DNA from: an uncultured Chloroflexia bacterium
Lineage (GTDB): Bacteria > Chloroflexota > Limnocylindria > Limnocylindrales > CSP1-4
Reading direction: 5' to 3'
DNA: 64,000 nucleotides
NCBI GenBank assembly: GCA_963712745.1
Contig: CAVQJC010000005.1
Span: forward strand, 1 to 64,000
Below the pieces are notes generated by a model. The model was given only the letters and a program-made list of their open reading frames with translations. It was not told the DNA's origin and made no database searches. Below are positions 40,656-51,236 of the stretch, one piece after another (position 1 is the stretch's first letter; every line of letters starts with the position of its first letter). The translations under genes and the position numbers were made by a program.

Positions 40656-42132
40656 CCGGGGACTCCGATACGTAGCGCTGGATTTCGGCGCCGAGAGCGG
40701 CCGCACCATCGTGGGGCGCATCGACCACGACAGGCTCAGCGTCGAACCGGTGCATCGGTATGCCAATACGCCGGTGCGCATGGGCGGCACGCTCTACTGG
40801 GACTTCCCCAGGCAGTTCGGCGACATCCTGGCCGGCATGCAGCGCGCGGCAGCCGACGGCCCGGTGCACTCGGTCTCGGTCGACACCTGGGGCGTGGACT
40901 ACGGCTACATCGACGCGCGCGGGCGGCTCATCGGCAACCCCATCCACTACCGCGACACACGCCACGAGAAGATGCTCGAGGCGGCCTTCGAGATCGTCCC
41001 TCGAGAGGAGATCTACGGGGCCACGGGCATCCAGTTCATGTCCATCAACACGCTCTACCAGATGCTCAGCGAGGTCAAGGCGGAGGACCCCATCCTGGCC
41101 GCGGCGGACAAGATGCTGATGATGCCGGACATCTTCAACCACTTCCTCAGTGGCGTGAGCGTGTGCGAGTACACCGAGGCCAGCACTGGCCAGACGCTGG
41201 ACCCGTGGACCCGACAGTGGGCCACGCCGCTCCTCGACAAGCTGGGCATCCCCACCCACTTCCTGCCCGAGATCGTAGAGCCGGGCACGGTGCTGGGCTC
41301 GCTGCTCAACGAGGTCGCACATGCCACCGGCTGCACGGGGGCACAGGTCGTGGCGGGGGCCTCGCACGACACGCCCTCCGCCGTGGCGGGGGCTCCGCTG
41401 GCGGGGCCATCGACGGCCTACATCTCCTCGGGCACCTGGTCGCTGGTGGGCCTCGAAGTGCGCGAGCCGGTGGTGACCGAGGCCTCGCTGGCCGCGAACC
41501 TGACCAACGAGGGCGGCTACGACGGCACCATCACGCTGCTCAAGAACGTGATGGGCCTGTGGCTGGTCCAGCAGAGCCGCAAGGCGCTGTGGCCGGGCGA
41601 GGGTGCGCCGTCATACGACGAGATCTGTGACCTCGCCGAGACCGGCCCGCAGTGGAGCGCCTTCGTGGACCCCGACGATCCGCGCTTCCTGTGGCCGGGC
41701 GACATGCCCACGCGCATCCGGGAGTACTGCGAGGAGACCGGGCAGCCGGTGCCCTTCGAGACGGCCACGCTGTGGCGGGTCATCTTCGAGTCGCTGGCGC
41801 TGAAGTACGCCTGGATCATCGACCAGCTGGCGGCGGTGAGCGGACGCGAGATCGACCAGATCCACATCGTCGGCGGCGGCTCGCAGAACGAGCTGCTGTG
41901 CCAGATGACGGCCGATGCGGCCAAGCGCGAAGTCGTGGCCGGCCCGGTCGAGGCCACGGCCATCGGCAACATCGCCATCCAGGCCATCACCTCCGGCGAG
42001 CTGAGCGACCTGGCCCAGGCCCGCGAGCTCGTGGCCCGTTCCTTCCCCATGAAGACATACCAGCCCAAGGGCTTCTTCTGGCGGAAGGCCAACGAGCGCT
42101 TCGCCAAGCTGATGGAGCCGGATGACCGCTGA
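40648..42132 (+). CDS. rhaB: Rhamnulokinase-family (FGGY) kinase
   Basis: LDFGAESGR, DTWGVDY, YRDTR, TGIQFMSINTLYQ, SHDTPSA, ISSGTWSL, TNEGG, GPVEATAIGN. Confidence 0.9.
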   Translation: MADRGLRYVALDFGAESGRTIVGRIDHDRLSVEPVHRYANTPVRMGGTLYWDFPRQFGDILAGMQRAAADGPVHSVSVDTWGVDYGYIDARGRLIGNPIHYRDTRHEKMLEAAFEIVPREEIYGATGIQFMSINTLYQMLSEVKAEDPILAAADKMLMMPDIFNHFLSGVSVCEYTEASTGQTLDPWTRQWATPLLDKLGIPTHFLPEIVEPGTVLGSLLNEVAHATGCTGAQVVAGASHDTPSAVAGAPLAGPSTAYISSGTWSLVGLEVREPVVTEASLAANLTNEGGYDGTITLLKNVMGLWLVQQSRKALWPGEGAPSYDEICDLAETGPQWSAFVDPDDPRFLWPGDMPTRIREYCEETGQPVPFETATLWRVIFESLALKYAWIIDQLAAVSGREIDQIHIVGGGSQNELLCQMTADAAKREVVAGPVEATAIGNIAIQAITSGELSDLAQARELVARSFPMKTYQPKGFFWRKANERFAKLMEPDDR

Positions 42133-42169
42133 CCCCACAGGCACCCACCTCGAAGGAGCGAGACAAGCG

Positions 42170-43270
42170 ATGAACTCACGCGAACGAGTCCTCCGAGCCC
42201 TCCGCCGCGATGGCCTGCCCGATCGCGTGCCGCTGGAGTTCGACCTCTCGCGGCCGCTGCTGGAGGCCTTCAGCCAGAAGCTGGACATCCCCATCGGCTG
42301 GCAGCCGAACTACTACGAGGACCTCAAGTACCGCACGTCGGGCGCCGAGATCAGGGTGGCCATGGGCAGCGACTGCGTGCTCGTCGGTGGCGGCGTGCCC
42401 CGGGGCTACGTGCCCGAGGAGACCGACGACGGCTGCATCGTCAACGAGTTCGGCATGAAGATGAAGATGGGCATCGCCTGGTACGACGTGGTGAAGGGCC
42501 CGCTGGAGTCCTGCACCACGGTGCAGGAAGTGCTGGACCTGCCCTTCCCGGACCCCTTCGACGAGGCCCGCTTCGAGGATGCCAGGCGCTACATCGAGAA
42601 GTACAAGGGCGAGTACTTCATCATCGGCGACGTCGAGCTGACGATGTTCGAGATGGCCTGGCACATGACCGGCCTGCAGAAGTTCATGACCGACATGGCC
42701 ATGGGCGAGGACTATGTCGAGGCGCTCATCGACCGCACCATGGGCTGGTCGGTCGCCATCGGCAAGCAGCTGGTGGAGCTCGGCGTCGACGGCATCTGGA
42801 CCGGCGACGACTTCGGGGCCCAGAACGGCATGATGATCTCGCCCGTCATGTGGCGCAAGATCTTCAAACCGCGCATGGCCGAGGTCTTCTCAGAGTTCCG
42901 CTCGGTCAACCCCGACGTGCTGGTCATGTATCACTGCGACGGCGCCATCGCGCCCATCCTGCCGGACCTCATCGAGATCGGGCTGGACGTCTTCAACCCG
43001 GTGCAGCCCAACGTGCCCGGCCACGAGCCGGCCGAGCTCAAGGCGCGGTTCGGCTCCGAGCTCTCGTTCTGGGGTGCCATCGACCAGCAGCAGCTACTGC
43101 CCATGGGCACACCCCAGGAGATCGAGGCCGACGTCAAGGCCAAGATCGAAGCACTGGGCCCGGGCGGCGGCTACATGGTCGCGCCGGCCCACATCCTCCA
43201 GGGCGACACGCCGGTCCAGAACGTGGAGGCGCTCATCGCCGCCGTCCAGAAGCACGGCGTCTACGCGTAG
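42170..43270 (+). CDS. Uroporphyrinogen decarboxylase/MtaA-CmuA family protein
   Basis: MNSRERV..PDRVP, GDDFG.Q, HCDG, FWGAIDQQ, APAH. Confidence 0.9.
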   Translation: MNSRERVLRALRRDGLPDRVPLEFDLSRPLLEAFSQKLDIPIGWQPNYYEDLKYRTSGAEIRVAMGSDCVLVGGGVPRGYVPEETDDGCIVNEFGMKMKMGIAWYDVVKGPLESCTTVQEVLDLPFPDPFDEARFEDARRYIEKYKGEYFIIGDVELTMFEMAWHMTGLQKFMTDMAMGEDYVEALIDRTMGWSVAIGKQLVELGVDGIWTGDDFGAQNGMMISPVMWRKIFKPRMAEVFSEFRSVNPDVLVMYHCDGAIAPILPDLIEIGLDVFNPVQPNVPGHEPAELKARFGSELSFWGAIDQQQLLPMGTPQEIEADVKAKIEALGPGGGYMVAPAHILQGDTPVQNVEALIAAVQKHGVYA

Positions 43271-43374
43271 CCGGCGCGGGGCACTCGGCAGCTAATGGGT
43301 CCCGATCGGCCCTGAGCGATCAGACTGGTCACCGAGCCGGGCCACCGGGTGAGCACCAGGGAGGGCCGATCAGG

Positions 43375-43536
43375 GTTCCCGCTCAGCGGGACAACGCCGC
43401 ATCTCGAACGCGGCCCGCCGCCAGGTCTGCGGGATTCGCGGCGTTGCTCGGGACAGATCGCCACCAAGTCCCGTTCAGCGGGACCTGCCAACAGACTGGG
43501 TGCCGAACCGGTCGCGTTGTCCCGCTGAGCGGGAAC
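43375..43536. repeat. 162-bp element with perfect 23-bp terminal inverted repeats (REPIN/MITE-like)
   Basis: GTTCCCGCTCAGCGGGACAACGC (43375-43397) and its exact reverse complement (43514-43536); internal copy at 43470. Confidence 0.85.
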
Positions 43537-43566
43537 TGCCTGGGCCGCGGCTTCTGGCCACAGAGA

Positions 43567-43598
43567 AGCCCCCGGTCCGCTCGAGCGGACCGGGGGCT
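43567..43598 (-). terminator. Perfect 32-bp palindrome, terminator of the ABC operon
   Basis: AGCCCCCGGTCCGCTCGAGCGGACCGGGGGCT, followed by TCTCT on the minus strand. Confidence 0.75.
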
Positions 43599-43626
43599 CG
43601 ATGATCCCTTTGGGATCGCGTGTTGA

Positions 43627-44692
43627 CTAGCTGCCTGAGACGTTGTCAGCGGTGTAGACCGAGAACGGGCCCATCAGGACGCGGAGGGCGTCCACGTCGG
43701 GCCGGGTCGGGTCGGCTGTGATCTCGAAAGTGGTGTTGCCGCTGATGGGCCGACCCACTTCGAAGGTCTCACCAGCCACGCCCTCGATGGCGTCAGTGGC
43801 CAGCAGGTAGCCCACGTAGTAGGCCAGGTAGCCGAGGTCCACGAAGGACCACAGGGCGAACTCGGGCGCGCAACCGTCGAGCGTGTATGACTCCATCTCA
43901 GACGGCAGGCCCAGACCTGAGATCTTCGATCTGGTCGCAGAGGCCGTCGTCGGTGACGACCTTGGCCGCGGCCTTGATGCCCTCGGTGGTGGGGGCCATG
44001 ATCAGGGCCAGATCGGGCCACTGGTCGATCAGGCCGATCGCAGCCGCCTCGCTGTCGGCGATGTTGTCATTGCCGTAGACGATCTCGACGAGTTCGATGC
44101 CCTCGTACTTGGGATCCTGCAGCGCGACTTCCATGGCCGCGATCCAGGCGTTCTGGTTGGGCGACTCGGGCTTGGCCGAAAGCACAGCCATCTGCCCGCC
44201 GTCGGGCAGGATGTTGCGGGCCATGTCAGCCATGACCACGCCGGTCTCGTCGAAGTCGACCTGGGCGATGAAGACATCCTCACCGTTGCCCGAGGCGATG
44301 GGCGAGTCCCAGGTCACCACGCTGATGCCGGCCTCCTGTGCGGCGACGGCCGCATCGGCCATCTCCTCGCCGACGTTGTTCGAGATCAGGAGCACGTTGT
44401 ACTCCTGGGTGGGAGCGTTGACCACGAAGGCGACCTGGGCCGAACCGGTGTCGGTCGAGGCCGGTCCGACGAAGTCGGGCGCTGCGACGCCGAGCTCGGC
44501 AGCCGCTTCCATCGCGCCCTCGTTGGCCTGCTGGAAGACCTGGTTGTCCGTGAACTTGGGCAGCAGCATCACCTTCACGTCGGCGCCAGGCTCCGCCATC
44601 GCGGCGTCCTGCGCCAGTACCGCGCCACCGAGGCTGCCTACCGCCAGGGCGGCTGCCGTCAGGGTCGCGATCGTAGTGCGAGCCATCCTCAT
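43627..44692 (-). CDS. Rhamnose/AI-2 (RhaS/LsrB)-type ABC substrate-binding protein (frameshift near 43920)
   Basis: Signal peptide, [34 protein letters not shown]. Confidence 0.9.
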
Positions 44693-44841
44693 GAACTACT
44701 CCTCCTGCGCGGGCCCGCTGGACGGTCTCCTCGCGATGTTCGCGGACCGTCGGGCCACATGTGCAAAGGCATGGTATCCCAGCGGCGGGCCATGACAAGC
44801 CCAAACCCGCAAACCTTTGCAGGCGGCTCGCGAAGCCGCTG

Positions 44842-45840
44842 TCAGTCGGAGCTCGCGGCGGCCTTCGCGGCGCGTGTCCGCTGCGCCTCGATTCGGCTGC
44901 GGACGGAGGATCCGATGTTGGGCAGCAGCACCGAGAGGATGAGCAGCAGGCCGACGACGCCGATCTGCACGATGCCGTTGATGGACGCGAGGTCCATGCC
45001 GTTGCGCAAGTTCAGCACCAGCAGCGTGGCCAGGAACACGCCGATCATCGTGCCCGAGCCGCCGAAGATGCTCACGCCGCCGAGCAGGACCATGGTGATG
45101 ATCTCCAGCTCGAAGCCCTCGGCCGTGCTGCCGCGAACGGCACCGAACCGCGCGGAGATGATGACGCCGGCCACGGCGGCGGCGATGCCCGACATCATGA
45201 AGATGGCCATCTTGGTGCGCACGACGCGTACACCCGAGTAGAACGCGGCCTCCTTGTTGTTGCCGATGGCATAGACGTAGCGCCCGAACCCAGAGGCGTG
45301 GAGCAGGATCACGGCCCCGACCAGCAGGATGGCGTAGAAGAAGATGGACATCGGCGCGGGCCCGATGAACTCGGCCTGGGCGAAGTCCTTGAAGCTCTGC
45401 GGCAGGTCGTAGATGAACTCGCCCTCGATGAAGAAGAAGGCCAGGCCGCGGTAGCCGATGAGCCCGGCCAGCGTGACCGCCAGGGAAGGCAGCCCTACGA
45501 CCGCCACCCAGAAACCGTTGAAGAGACCGCACAGCGCCCCGACGAGGAGCGCCAGGACGACCGCCAGTTCGATGGGCAGGCCGTTCTGCCAGGTGACGGC
45601 CATGATCACCGCGGACAGGCCCATCACCGAGGCCACCGAGAGGTCGATCTCGCCGCTGATGATGACGAAGGCCATGGCCAGCGCCACGATGGCCTTCTCC
45701 AGGCTGAGCTCCAGCAGGTTGGACTGGTTGGTGAGCCCCAGGTAGCCGGGCACGACGGCGGCGTTGACCGCGATGACCACCAGCAGGATGAGCAGCAGCA
45801 GCGTCTCCCAGCGACGCAGGTAGGGCGCGATCCTATCCAT
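44842..45840 (-). CDS. Monosaccharide ABC permease (RhaQ-like)
   Basis: SGEIDLSV, FGRYVYAIGNN, LLGGVSIFGGSG. Confidence 0.95.
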   Translation of the reverse strand: MDRIAPYLRRWETLLLLILLVVIAVNAAVVPGYLGLTNQSNLLELSLEKAIVALAMAFVIISGEIDLSVASVMGLSAVIMAVTWQNGLPIELAVVLALLVGALCGLFNGFWVAVVGLPSLAVTLAGLIGYRGLAFFFIEGEFIYDLPQSFKDFAQAEFIGPAPMSIFFYAILLVGAVILLHASGFGRYVYAIGNNKEAAFYSGVRVVRTKMAIFMMSGIAAAVAGVIISARFGAVRGSTAEGFELEIITMVLLGGVSIFGGSGTMIGVFLATLLVLNLRNGMDLASINGIVQIGVVGLLLILSVLLPNIGSSVRSRIEAQRTRAAKAAASSD

Positions 45841-46897
45841 CGCCCGCTCCCGCCGGTGCGGGCCCGGCTCGCTCGCGTTCGTCCTTCAGTCGTGCCTCCC
45901 TGGTCCAGATGGCACGCAGCCGGTCAAGGATGATCTTGTCGGAGGCCACGGCCAGCAGGATGAGCAGGCCCAGGAGCGCGTCGCGGAGGAACTCGCTCAC
46001 CTCCGCCCAACGGATGAGGCCCTGGTCCAGGAAGACGATGAGCATCGCGCCCAGCACGACACCGATCATCGAGCCAGAGCCGCCGAAGATGTTGACACCG
46101 CCCACGACGACGGCCGCCACGACCGCGAGCTCCAGGCCCACTGCCGCCTGGGTGTTGACGTTGCCGAACCGGGCGATCCACATCCAGCCCGCCAGCCCGG
46201 CCAGGGCACCGCAGATGACGAAGGCGATGAAGACGTCTCGCTTCACGGGGAGTCCGGCCACGCGAGCCGCGTCGGGGTTGGAGCCGATGGCGAAGAGGCG
46301 TCGGCCGTAGCGGGCGTAGCTGATGATCAGCTGGAAGACGATGACGATGGCCAGCGCCAGGATCGGCAGGAGGCGGATCTGGAAGCCCTCGATCGTGCCG
46401 AGGTTGATGGAGTTGAGGTCGACGATCCAATCGGGCAGCTTGGCCACGGTCACCGGCTCGGCGCTGGCCGTGGTCGAGAGGATGGAGCGGTAGATGGCCA
46501 ACGTGCCCAATGTGGCCACGATGGCCGGTACACCTCCGTAGGCCACGATGAGGCCGTTGATGGCGCCCATGATCACGCCCAGGAGGATGCACAGGGCGAC
46601 GATGAACACGGGGTTCATGGTCGGATCGGTGATGAGGAACGTGCCCACGCCGTAGGCCACGACAGCCACCTGCGACCCGATCGACAGGTCGATGTTGCGG
46701 GTCAGGATGACCATGGTCAGGCCGACGCCGAGCACGACGATGATGGGCGTCGTCGTGGCCACCCTCGTGAACGTACGACCGGACGCGAAGCCCGGCACCT
46801 GCGTGGCGAAGAAGGCGATGACCACGACGATGATGACGAACAGCGCGATCTCGCGGATCTGCTCGGGTCGGACTCGCTTGAAGAACGCCGCTCTCAC
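45833..46897 (-). CDS. Monosaccharide ABC permease (RhaP-like)
   Basis: [32 protein letters not shown]. Confidence 0.95.
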   Translation of the reverse strand: MRAAFFKRVRPEQIREIALFVIIVVVIAFFATQVPGFASGRTFTRVATTTPIIVVLGVGLTMVILTRNIDLSIGSQVAVVAYGVGTFLITDPTMNPVFIVALCILLGVIMGAINGLIVAYGGVPAIVATLGTLAIYRSILSTTASAEPVTVAKLPDWIVDLNSINLGTIEGFQIRLLPILALAIVIVFQLIISYARYGRRLFAIGSNPDAARVAGLPVKRDVFIAFVICGALAGLAGWMWIARFGNVNTQAAVGLELAVVAAVVVGGVNIFGGSGSMIGVVLGAMLIVFLDQGLIRWAEVSEFLRDALLGLLILLAVASDKIILDRLRAIWTREARLKDERERAGPAPAGAGDG

Positions 46898-48489
46898 GAG
46901 ACCGCCTCGACCTGGCCCATCGCATGCGTGAGGATCTGCTCTTGCGTGGCGCCCTCAGCATCCATCGTGGCCATCTGGCGGCCTTCGCGCATGACCAGGA
47001 TGCGGTCGCTCATCGGTAGCAGCTCGGGCAGGTCCGAGCTGATGAGGATGATGGCGATGCCCTGCTTGACGAGGTCGTCGACGAGGTGATGCACCTCGAC
47101 CTTGGCACCGACGTCGATGCCGCGCGTAGGCTCGTCGAGGATGAGGATCCTGGGCGTGGTCGCGAGCCACTTGCTGAGCACGACCTTCTGCTGATTGCCA
47201 CCTGAGAGCGATGAAGCGGGCGTGTTGACCGATGGCGCCCGGATGGAGAGGCGCTCCCGGAACGACTCCGCCATGGCACGCTCGGCCTTGCGCATGACCA
47301 GCCCGACGCGGTTCAGGTACTTCCCCAGCGAGGGCAGCGTGATGTTCGATGCGATGGACTGCGGGAAGATCAGGCCCAGACCTCTGCGGTCCTCGGTGGC
47401 GTAGGCGATCCCGAGCGACAGCGCCTGTTGCGGGCTCTTGATGGTGACGGGCTTGCCGTCGAGCAGGATCTCGCCCTCGTCGGCGGGCGCGATCCCGAAG
47501 AGTGCCAGCGCCACGTCGGTGCGCCGTGCGCCCACGAGCCCCGCGAAGCCCAGGACCTCTCCTTCGCGCAGATGGAATTCGATGCCCCTGAAGGCGCCCT
47601 GGCGGCCGAGACCCTTGACCTCGAGGATGGTCTGGCCAGGGTTCGACTGGGTCCGCGTGAAGAACTCCACGACCTCGCGGCCGACCATCTGGCGGATCGC
47701 CTCCGTCGGGGTCAGGTCCGACCGTGGCGTAGTCGAGATCCATTGGCCGTCACGCATCACGGTGATGCGATCGGCGACATGGAAGACCTCTTCGAGCCGG
47801 TGAGAGATGAAGAGGACAGCTACACCCTCGTCACGCAGGCGGTTGACGATCTTGAACAACTGAGCCACTTCGTGGGCCGAGAGCGACGCGGTGGGCTCGT
47901 CCATGATGAGGACGCGCACGTCGAGCGAGAGGGCCTTGACGATCTCGACCGTCTGCTGCTGCGCCAGGGTCAGGCCTCGCGCGGGCTGCATGACGTCCAT
48001 GTGCACGTCCAGGCGGGCCAGGACCTGCTCGGCCTCCTTGCGCATCTGGCCTCGGCGCGCGATGCGTCCGCGATCGCGATGGCCGATGAAGATGTTCTCC
48101 GCGACGCTCAGGTCGGGGAACACCATGGGCTCCTGGTAGATGGCCGCGACGGCGTAGGTCTGTGCGTCGAAGGCACTGGCGATGCGCACCTGTTTGCCAT
48201 CGATGTAGATGTCACCGATGTCGGGCTGGACCACGCCGGTCATGACCTTGATGAGCGTGGATTTGCCGGCGCCGTTCTCGCCGAGCAAGGCATGGATCTC
48301 GCCGGGGATCAGCTCGAGGGAGACATCATCCAGCGCCTGGATCTCTCCGTATCGCTTGGAGACGCCGCGCATCTCGAGGACCGGGGCCGCCCCCGAAGAA
48401 GCGGGCCGGTGCTCGACCGGTCCCGCTGCCGTCCCCGCTTCCGACACAGCCGCAGCCTGTGCCGGACCATCCTCCACGTGCTCGGGCAT
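46894..48489 (-). CDS. Monosaccharide ABC ATP-binding protein (two NBDs; RhaT/RbsA-like)
   Basis: [35 protein letters not shown]. Confidence 0.97.
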   Translation of the reverse strand: MPEHVEDGPAQAAAVSEAGTAAGPVEHRPASSGAAPVLEMRGVSKRYGEIQALDDVSLELIPGEIHALLGENGAGKSTLIKVMTGVVQPDIGDIYIDGKQVRIASAFDAQTYAVAAIYQEPMVFPDLSVAENIFIGHRDRGRIARRGQMRKEAEQVLARLDVHMDVMQPARGLTLAQQQTVEIVKALSLDVRVLIMDEPTASLSAHEVAQLFKIVNRLRDEGVAVLFISHRLEEVFHVADRITVMRDGQWISTTPRSDLTPTEAIRQMVGREVVEFFTRTQSNPGQTILEVKGLGRQGAFRGIEFHLREGEVLGFAGLVGARRTDVALALFGIAPADEGEILLDGKPVTIKSPQQALSLGIAYATEDRRGLGLIFPQSIASNITLPSLGKYLNRVGLVMRKAERAMAESFRERLSIRAPSVNTPASSLSGGNQQKVVLSKWLATTPRILILDEPTRGIDVGAKVEVHHLVDDLVKQGIAIILISSDLPELLPMSDRILVMREGRQMATMDAEGATQEQILTHAMGQVEAVS

Positions 48490-48633
48490 GGCGACGAGCA
48501 TACCCGAGCGACACCGGGGCGCGGGGAGCCATCTCGTCCTGCTGTGGGCGGGCCATTTGCCACTGCGTCGGACCCTGTCGCGGACGACTGGCTACGATGG
48601 TGGAGCACTTCCCCCGCTGTGTATGGAGGCGAC

Positions 48634-49503
48634 GTGGGACGCATCCCGTTCATCGACACGCACGTCCACTTCTACGACCTGCAACACCCCTCGCTGGAGT
48701 ACGGCTGGCTGAAGCCTGGCGTCAAGCACCACATCCTCGAGGCGGTCGAGCCCATCCAGGCGCAGCGCTACTGGGCCGATGATTGGGTCGCCGAGTCGCG
48801 CTTCAGCAACGTGATCAAGTCGATCCACGTCGAGTGCGCGGTGGGCACGCCCGACCCGGTGCAAGAGACGCGCTGGCTGCAGGCCTTCGCGGACCGGCTG
48901 GGCCATCCTCACGGCATCGTGGCCGAGGTGCACCTCGCGCAGCCTGATGCAGAGGCCGTCATCGAGCGACACCTGGCCTTCGCCAACATGCGTGGTGTGC
49001 GCGATTTCGGCGAGGGCGACTATGAGCTCGACCCGGCCTGGCAACGCGGCTTCGCGCACCTCCGCAAGCATGGCCTCGTGGCCTGCCTGGACTCACGCCC
49101 AGAGCAATTCGCCAACGTGAAGTCCCTGGCGCAGGCATTCCCCGACACGCTCATCTCGCTCGATCATGCCGGTCTTCCGCTCAGACGCGACGAGGAGTAC
49201 CTGGCGCTGTGGCGGCGTGAGATCGCGAGCCTGGCTGAAGCCCCCAACATCATCGTCAAGGTCTCCGCCCTGGGTATGGGTGACCCCCGTTGGACGCTGG
49301 ACTCGATGCGGCCGCTGGTCCTCCACTGCATCGAGTCGTTCGGTCCCGAGCGGACGATCTTTGGCACCAACTGGCCGGTCGACCGCCTGTTCTCCTCCTA
49401 CCCCGACGTCATCGACGCCTACGCCGAGATCATCTCCGACTTCTCGCCCACGGAGCAGACGGCCATGTTCAGCGCCAACGCCGAGCGCTATTTCCGTATC
49501 TAG
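48634..49503 (+). CDS. Amidohydrolase family 2, sugar lactonase-like
   Basis: IDTHVHFYD, GVR, LDHAG, VKVS, FGTNWPV. Confidence 0.88.
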   Translation: MGRIPFIDTHVHFYDLQHPSLEYGWLKPGVKHHILEAVEPIQAQRYWADDWVAESRFSNVIKSIHVECAVGTPDPVQETRWLQAFADRLGHPHGIVAEVHLAQPDAEAVIERHLAFANMRGVRDFGEGDYELDPAWQRGFAHLRKHGLVACLDSRPEQFANVKSLAQAFPDTLISLDHAGLPLRRDEEYLALWRREIASLAEAPNIIVKVSALGMGDPRWTLDSMRPLVLHCIESFGPERTIFGTNWPVDRLFSSYPDVIDAYAEIISDFSPTEQTAMFSANAERYFRI

Positions 49504-49511
49504 GGGGATCC

Positions 49512-50159
49512 ATGGAGCGCTGCCTGCACTACTTCCGCCTCTTGCCCGGCACAGAGACCAAGTTCGACCGGATGCACGCCGAGGTCGAGCCAGAGGTGGC
49601 CGCGGACATGGCTGCTGCCGGACTGCACGATGTCACCGTCTTCCGCCGCGGCACCGACGCCTGGCGCTACGCCCTCGCTGAGCCCGACCGGGAGACGGCC
49701 TACCGGCGCTACCTGGAACAGCCCTCGACCCAGGCCCGACGGCGCCATCTGCGGGGCATCGTGGCCGAGCTCGAGGCACCCGGCGGCGGGCTCATATGGT
49801 TCGACGAGGTCTTCCATACCGATGCCCCCGACCCTGGCGGCCCGTGGGCGCGAGGCTTCTTCACGATGGTCATCGATGTGGAGCACGCGGAGCTCTACGA
49901 CCGGCTCCACGCGGAGCCCTGGCCGGAGATGATCGAGGCCATCGCCGAGGCCGGCTACCGTGACTACACCGGCTTCCGCCGCGGAGCCCACGTCGTCTAC
50001 TACGGGCGCTACTACCCCGACTTCCAGACCGTCATCGACAGGATCAACGCCACCGACGTGGCGGCGCGCTGGGGTGCGGCGCTGGGAGACGCGATCACCA
50101 CCTTCACCGACGAGGACGGGCGCAACTTCAGCGCCACCGAGGTCTACCACGTCGACTGA
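49512..50159 (+). CDS. L-rhamnose mutarotase family, two fused domains
   Basis: KFDRMHAEVEPE..AAG..D.TVFRRG and LYDRLHAEPWPEM..AGYRDYTGFRRG; EVFH and EVYH endings. Confidence 0.85.
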   Translation: MERCLHYFRLLPGTETKFDRMHAEVEPEVAADMAAAGLHDVTVFRRGTDAWRYALAEPDRETAYRRYLEQPSTQARRRHLRGIVAELEAPGGGLIWFDEVFHTDAPDPGGPWARGFFTMVIDVEHAELYDRLHAEPWPEMIEAIAEAGYRDYTGFRRGAHVVYYGRYYPDFQTVIDRINATDVAARWGAALGDAITTFTDEDGRNFSATEVYHVD

Positions 50160-50199
50160 CGGCGGGGCCTCCAGTTGCGACCACGGCCGGGAGCGCCGG

Positions 50200-51225
50200 T
50201 CAGCCCGGGACGGGCGCGTCTTCGCGCAGCAGGCCCTCGGCCTTGAGCTCGGCCCACAGGTCGGCCGGGATGGGGTGGCGGAAGGTGGCCACGTTGCGCT
50301 CCACCTGCGCGGCTGAAGCGGCGCCGGGGATGACCGCCGAGACGACCGGGTGGCCCATCACGAACTGCAGCGCGGCCGCCGCGATGGGCACGTCGTGCCG
50401 GGCGCAGACGGCCTCGATGCGCCGCACCCGCTGCAGCTCCGCCTCGCTGGCTGGGCGGTAGTCGCAGCGGGCACCGGGCACGGCACCGGTGGCCAGGATG
50501 CCCGACTGGTAGGGCGCGCCGATGACGACGCTGATGCCGCGCTCGGCACAGACGTCGAACTCGCCGTCGAGCATCTCCTGTCGCAGCAGCGTGTAGGGCA
50601 TGGCCACCAGCCAGAAGTCGGGCTCGCAGAAGGCCAGGAAGCGGTCGATCATGCCCAGCTCGTTGACCCCGGCCCCGACCGCCTTGAGCAGCCCGTCCCG
50701 GCGCAGCGCCTCGAGGGCCCGCCAGCCGCTCGACTCGAGCTGATCGAGGTAGTGCTGCACGCGCTCCTCGGTCTGGTGCGTCCAGAAGTCGAGGTCGTGG
50801 ATGACGCCCACGTCGTAGTGGGTCATGCCCAGGCGCAGCTGGCTCTGCTCGTAGCTGCGCATGATGCCGTCGTAGGTGTAGTCGTGGTAGTGCACGAAGG
50901 GCGCCGGGGCGACCCAGGGCGAGAGGTCCGGCTCGGAACCGGGCTTGGCCGCGTCGAAGCAGCGGCCCACCTTGGACGAGAGCACGTATTGGTCCCGCGG
51001 CCGGTAGCGCAGGCCGGCGCCGGTGCGCAGCTCCGAGAGGCCGCGGCCGTACCAGGGCGAGGTGTCGAAGTAGCGGATGCCGGCCGCCCAGGCCGCCTCG
51101 ATGGTGTCGAGTGCGTCCTGCTCGGTGACCACGCGGTAGATCGAACCGTACGAGGCCCCGCCCAGGCCCAGCTGGGTGACCTCCACGCCGCTCTTGCCCA
51201 GTGCTCGCTTGACGGTCGGGTCCAT
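50200..51225 (-). CDS. Aldo/keto reductase (D-threo-aldose/L-fucose dehydrogenase-like)
   Basis: FDTSPWYGRGLSE, SSKVGR, DYTYDGIMRS, IHDLD. Confidence 0.92.
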   Translation of the reverse strand: MDPTVKRALGKSGVEVTQLGLGGASYGSIYRVVTEQDALDTIEAAWAAGIRYFDTSPWYGRGLSELRTGAGLRYRPRDQYVLSSKVGRCFDAAKPGSEPDLSPWVAPAPFVHYHDYTYDGIMRSYEQSQLRLGMTHYDVGVIHDLDFWTHQTEERVQHYLDQLESSGWRALEALRRDGLLKAVGAGVNELGMIDRFLAFCEPDFWLVAMPYTLLRQEMLDGEFDVCAERGISVVIGAPYQSGILATGAVPGARCDYRPASEAELQRVRRIEAVCARHDVPIAAAALQFVMGHPVVSAVIPGAASAAQVERNVATFRHPIPADLWAELKAEGLLREDAPVPG

Positions 51226-51236
51226 GGCCTTCCCTC

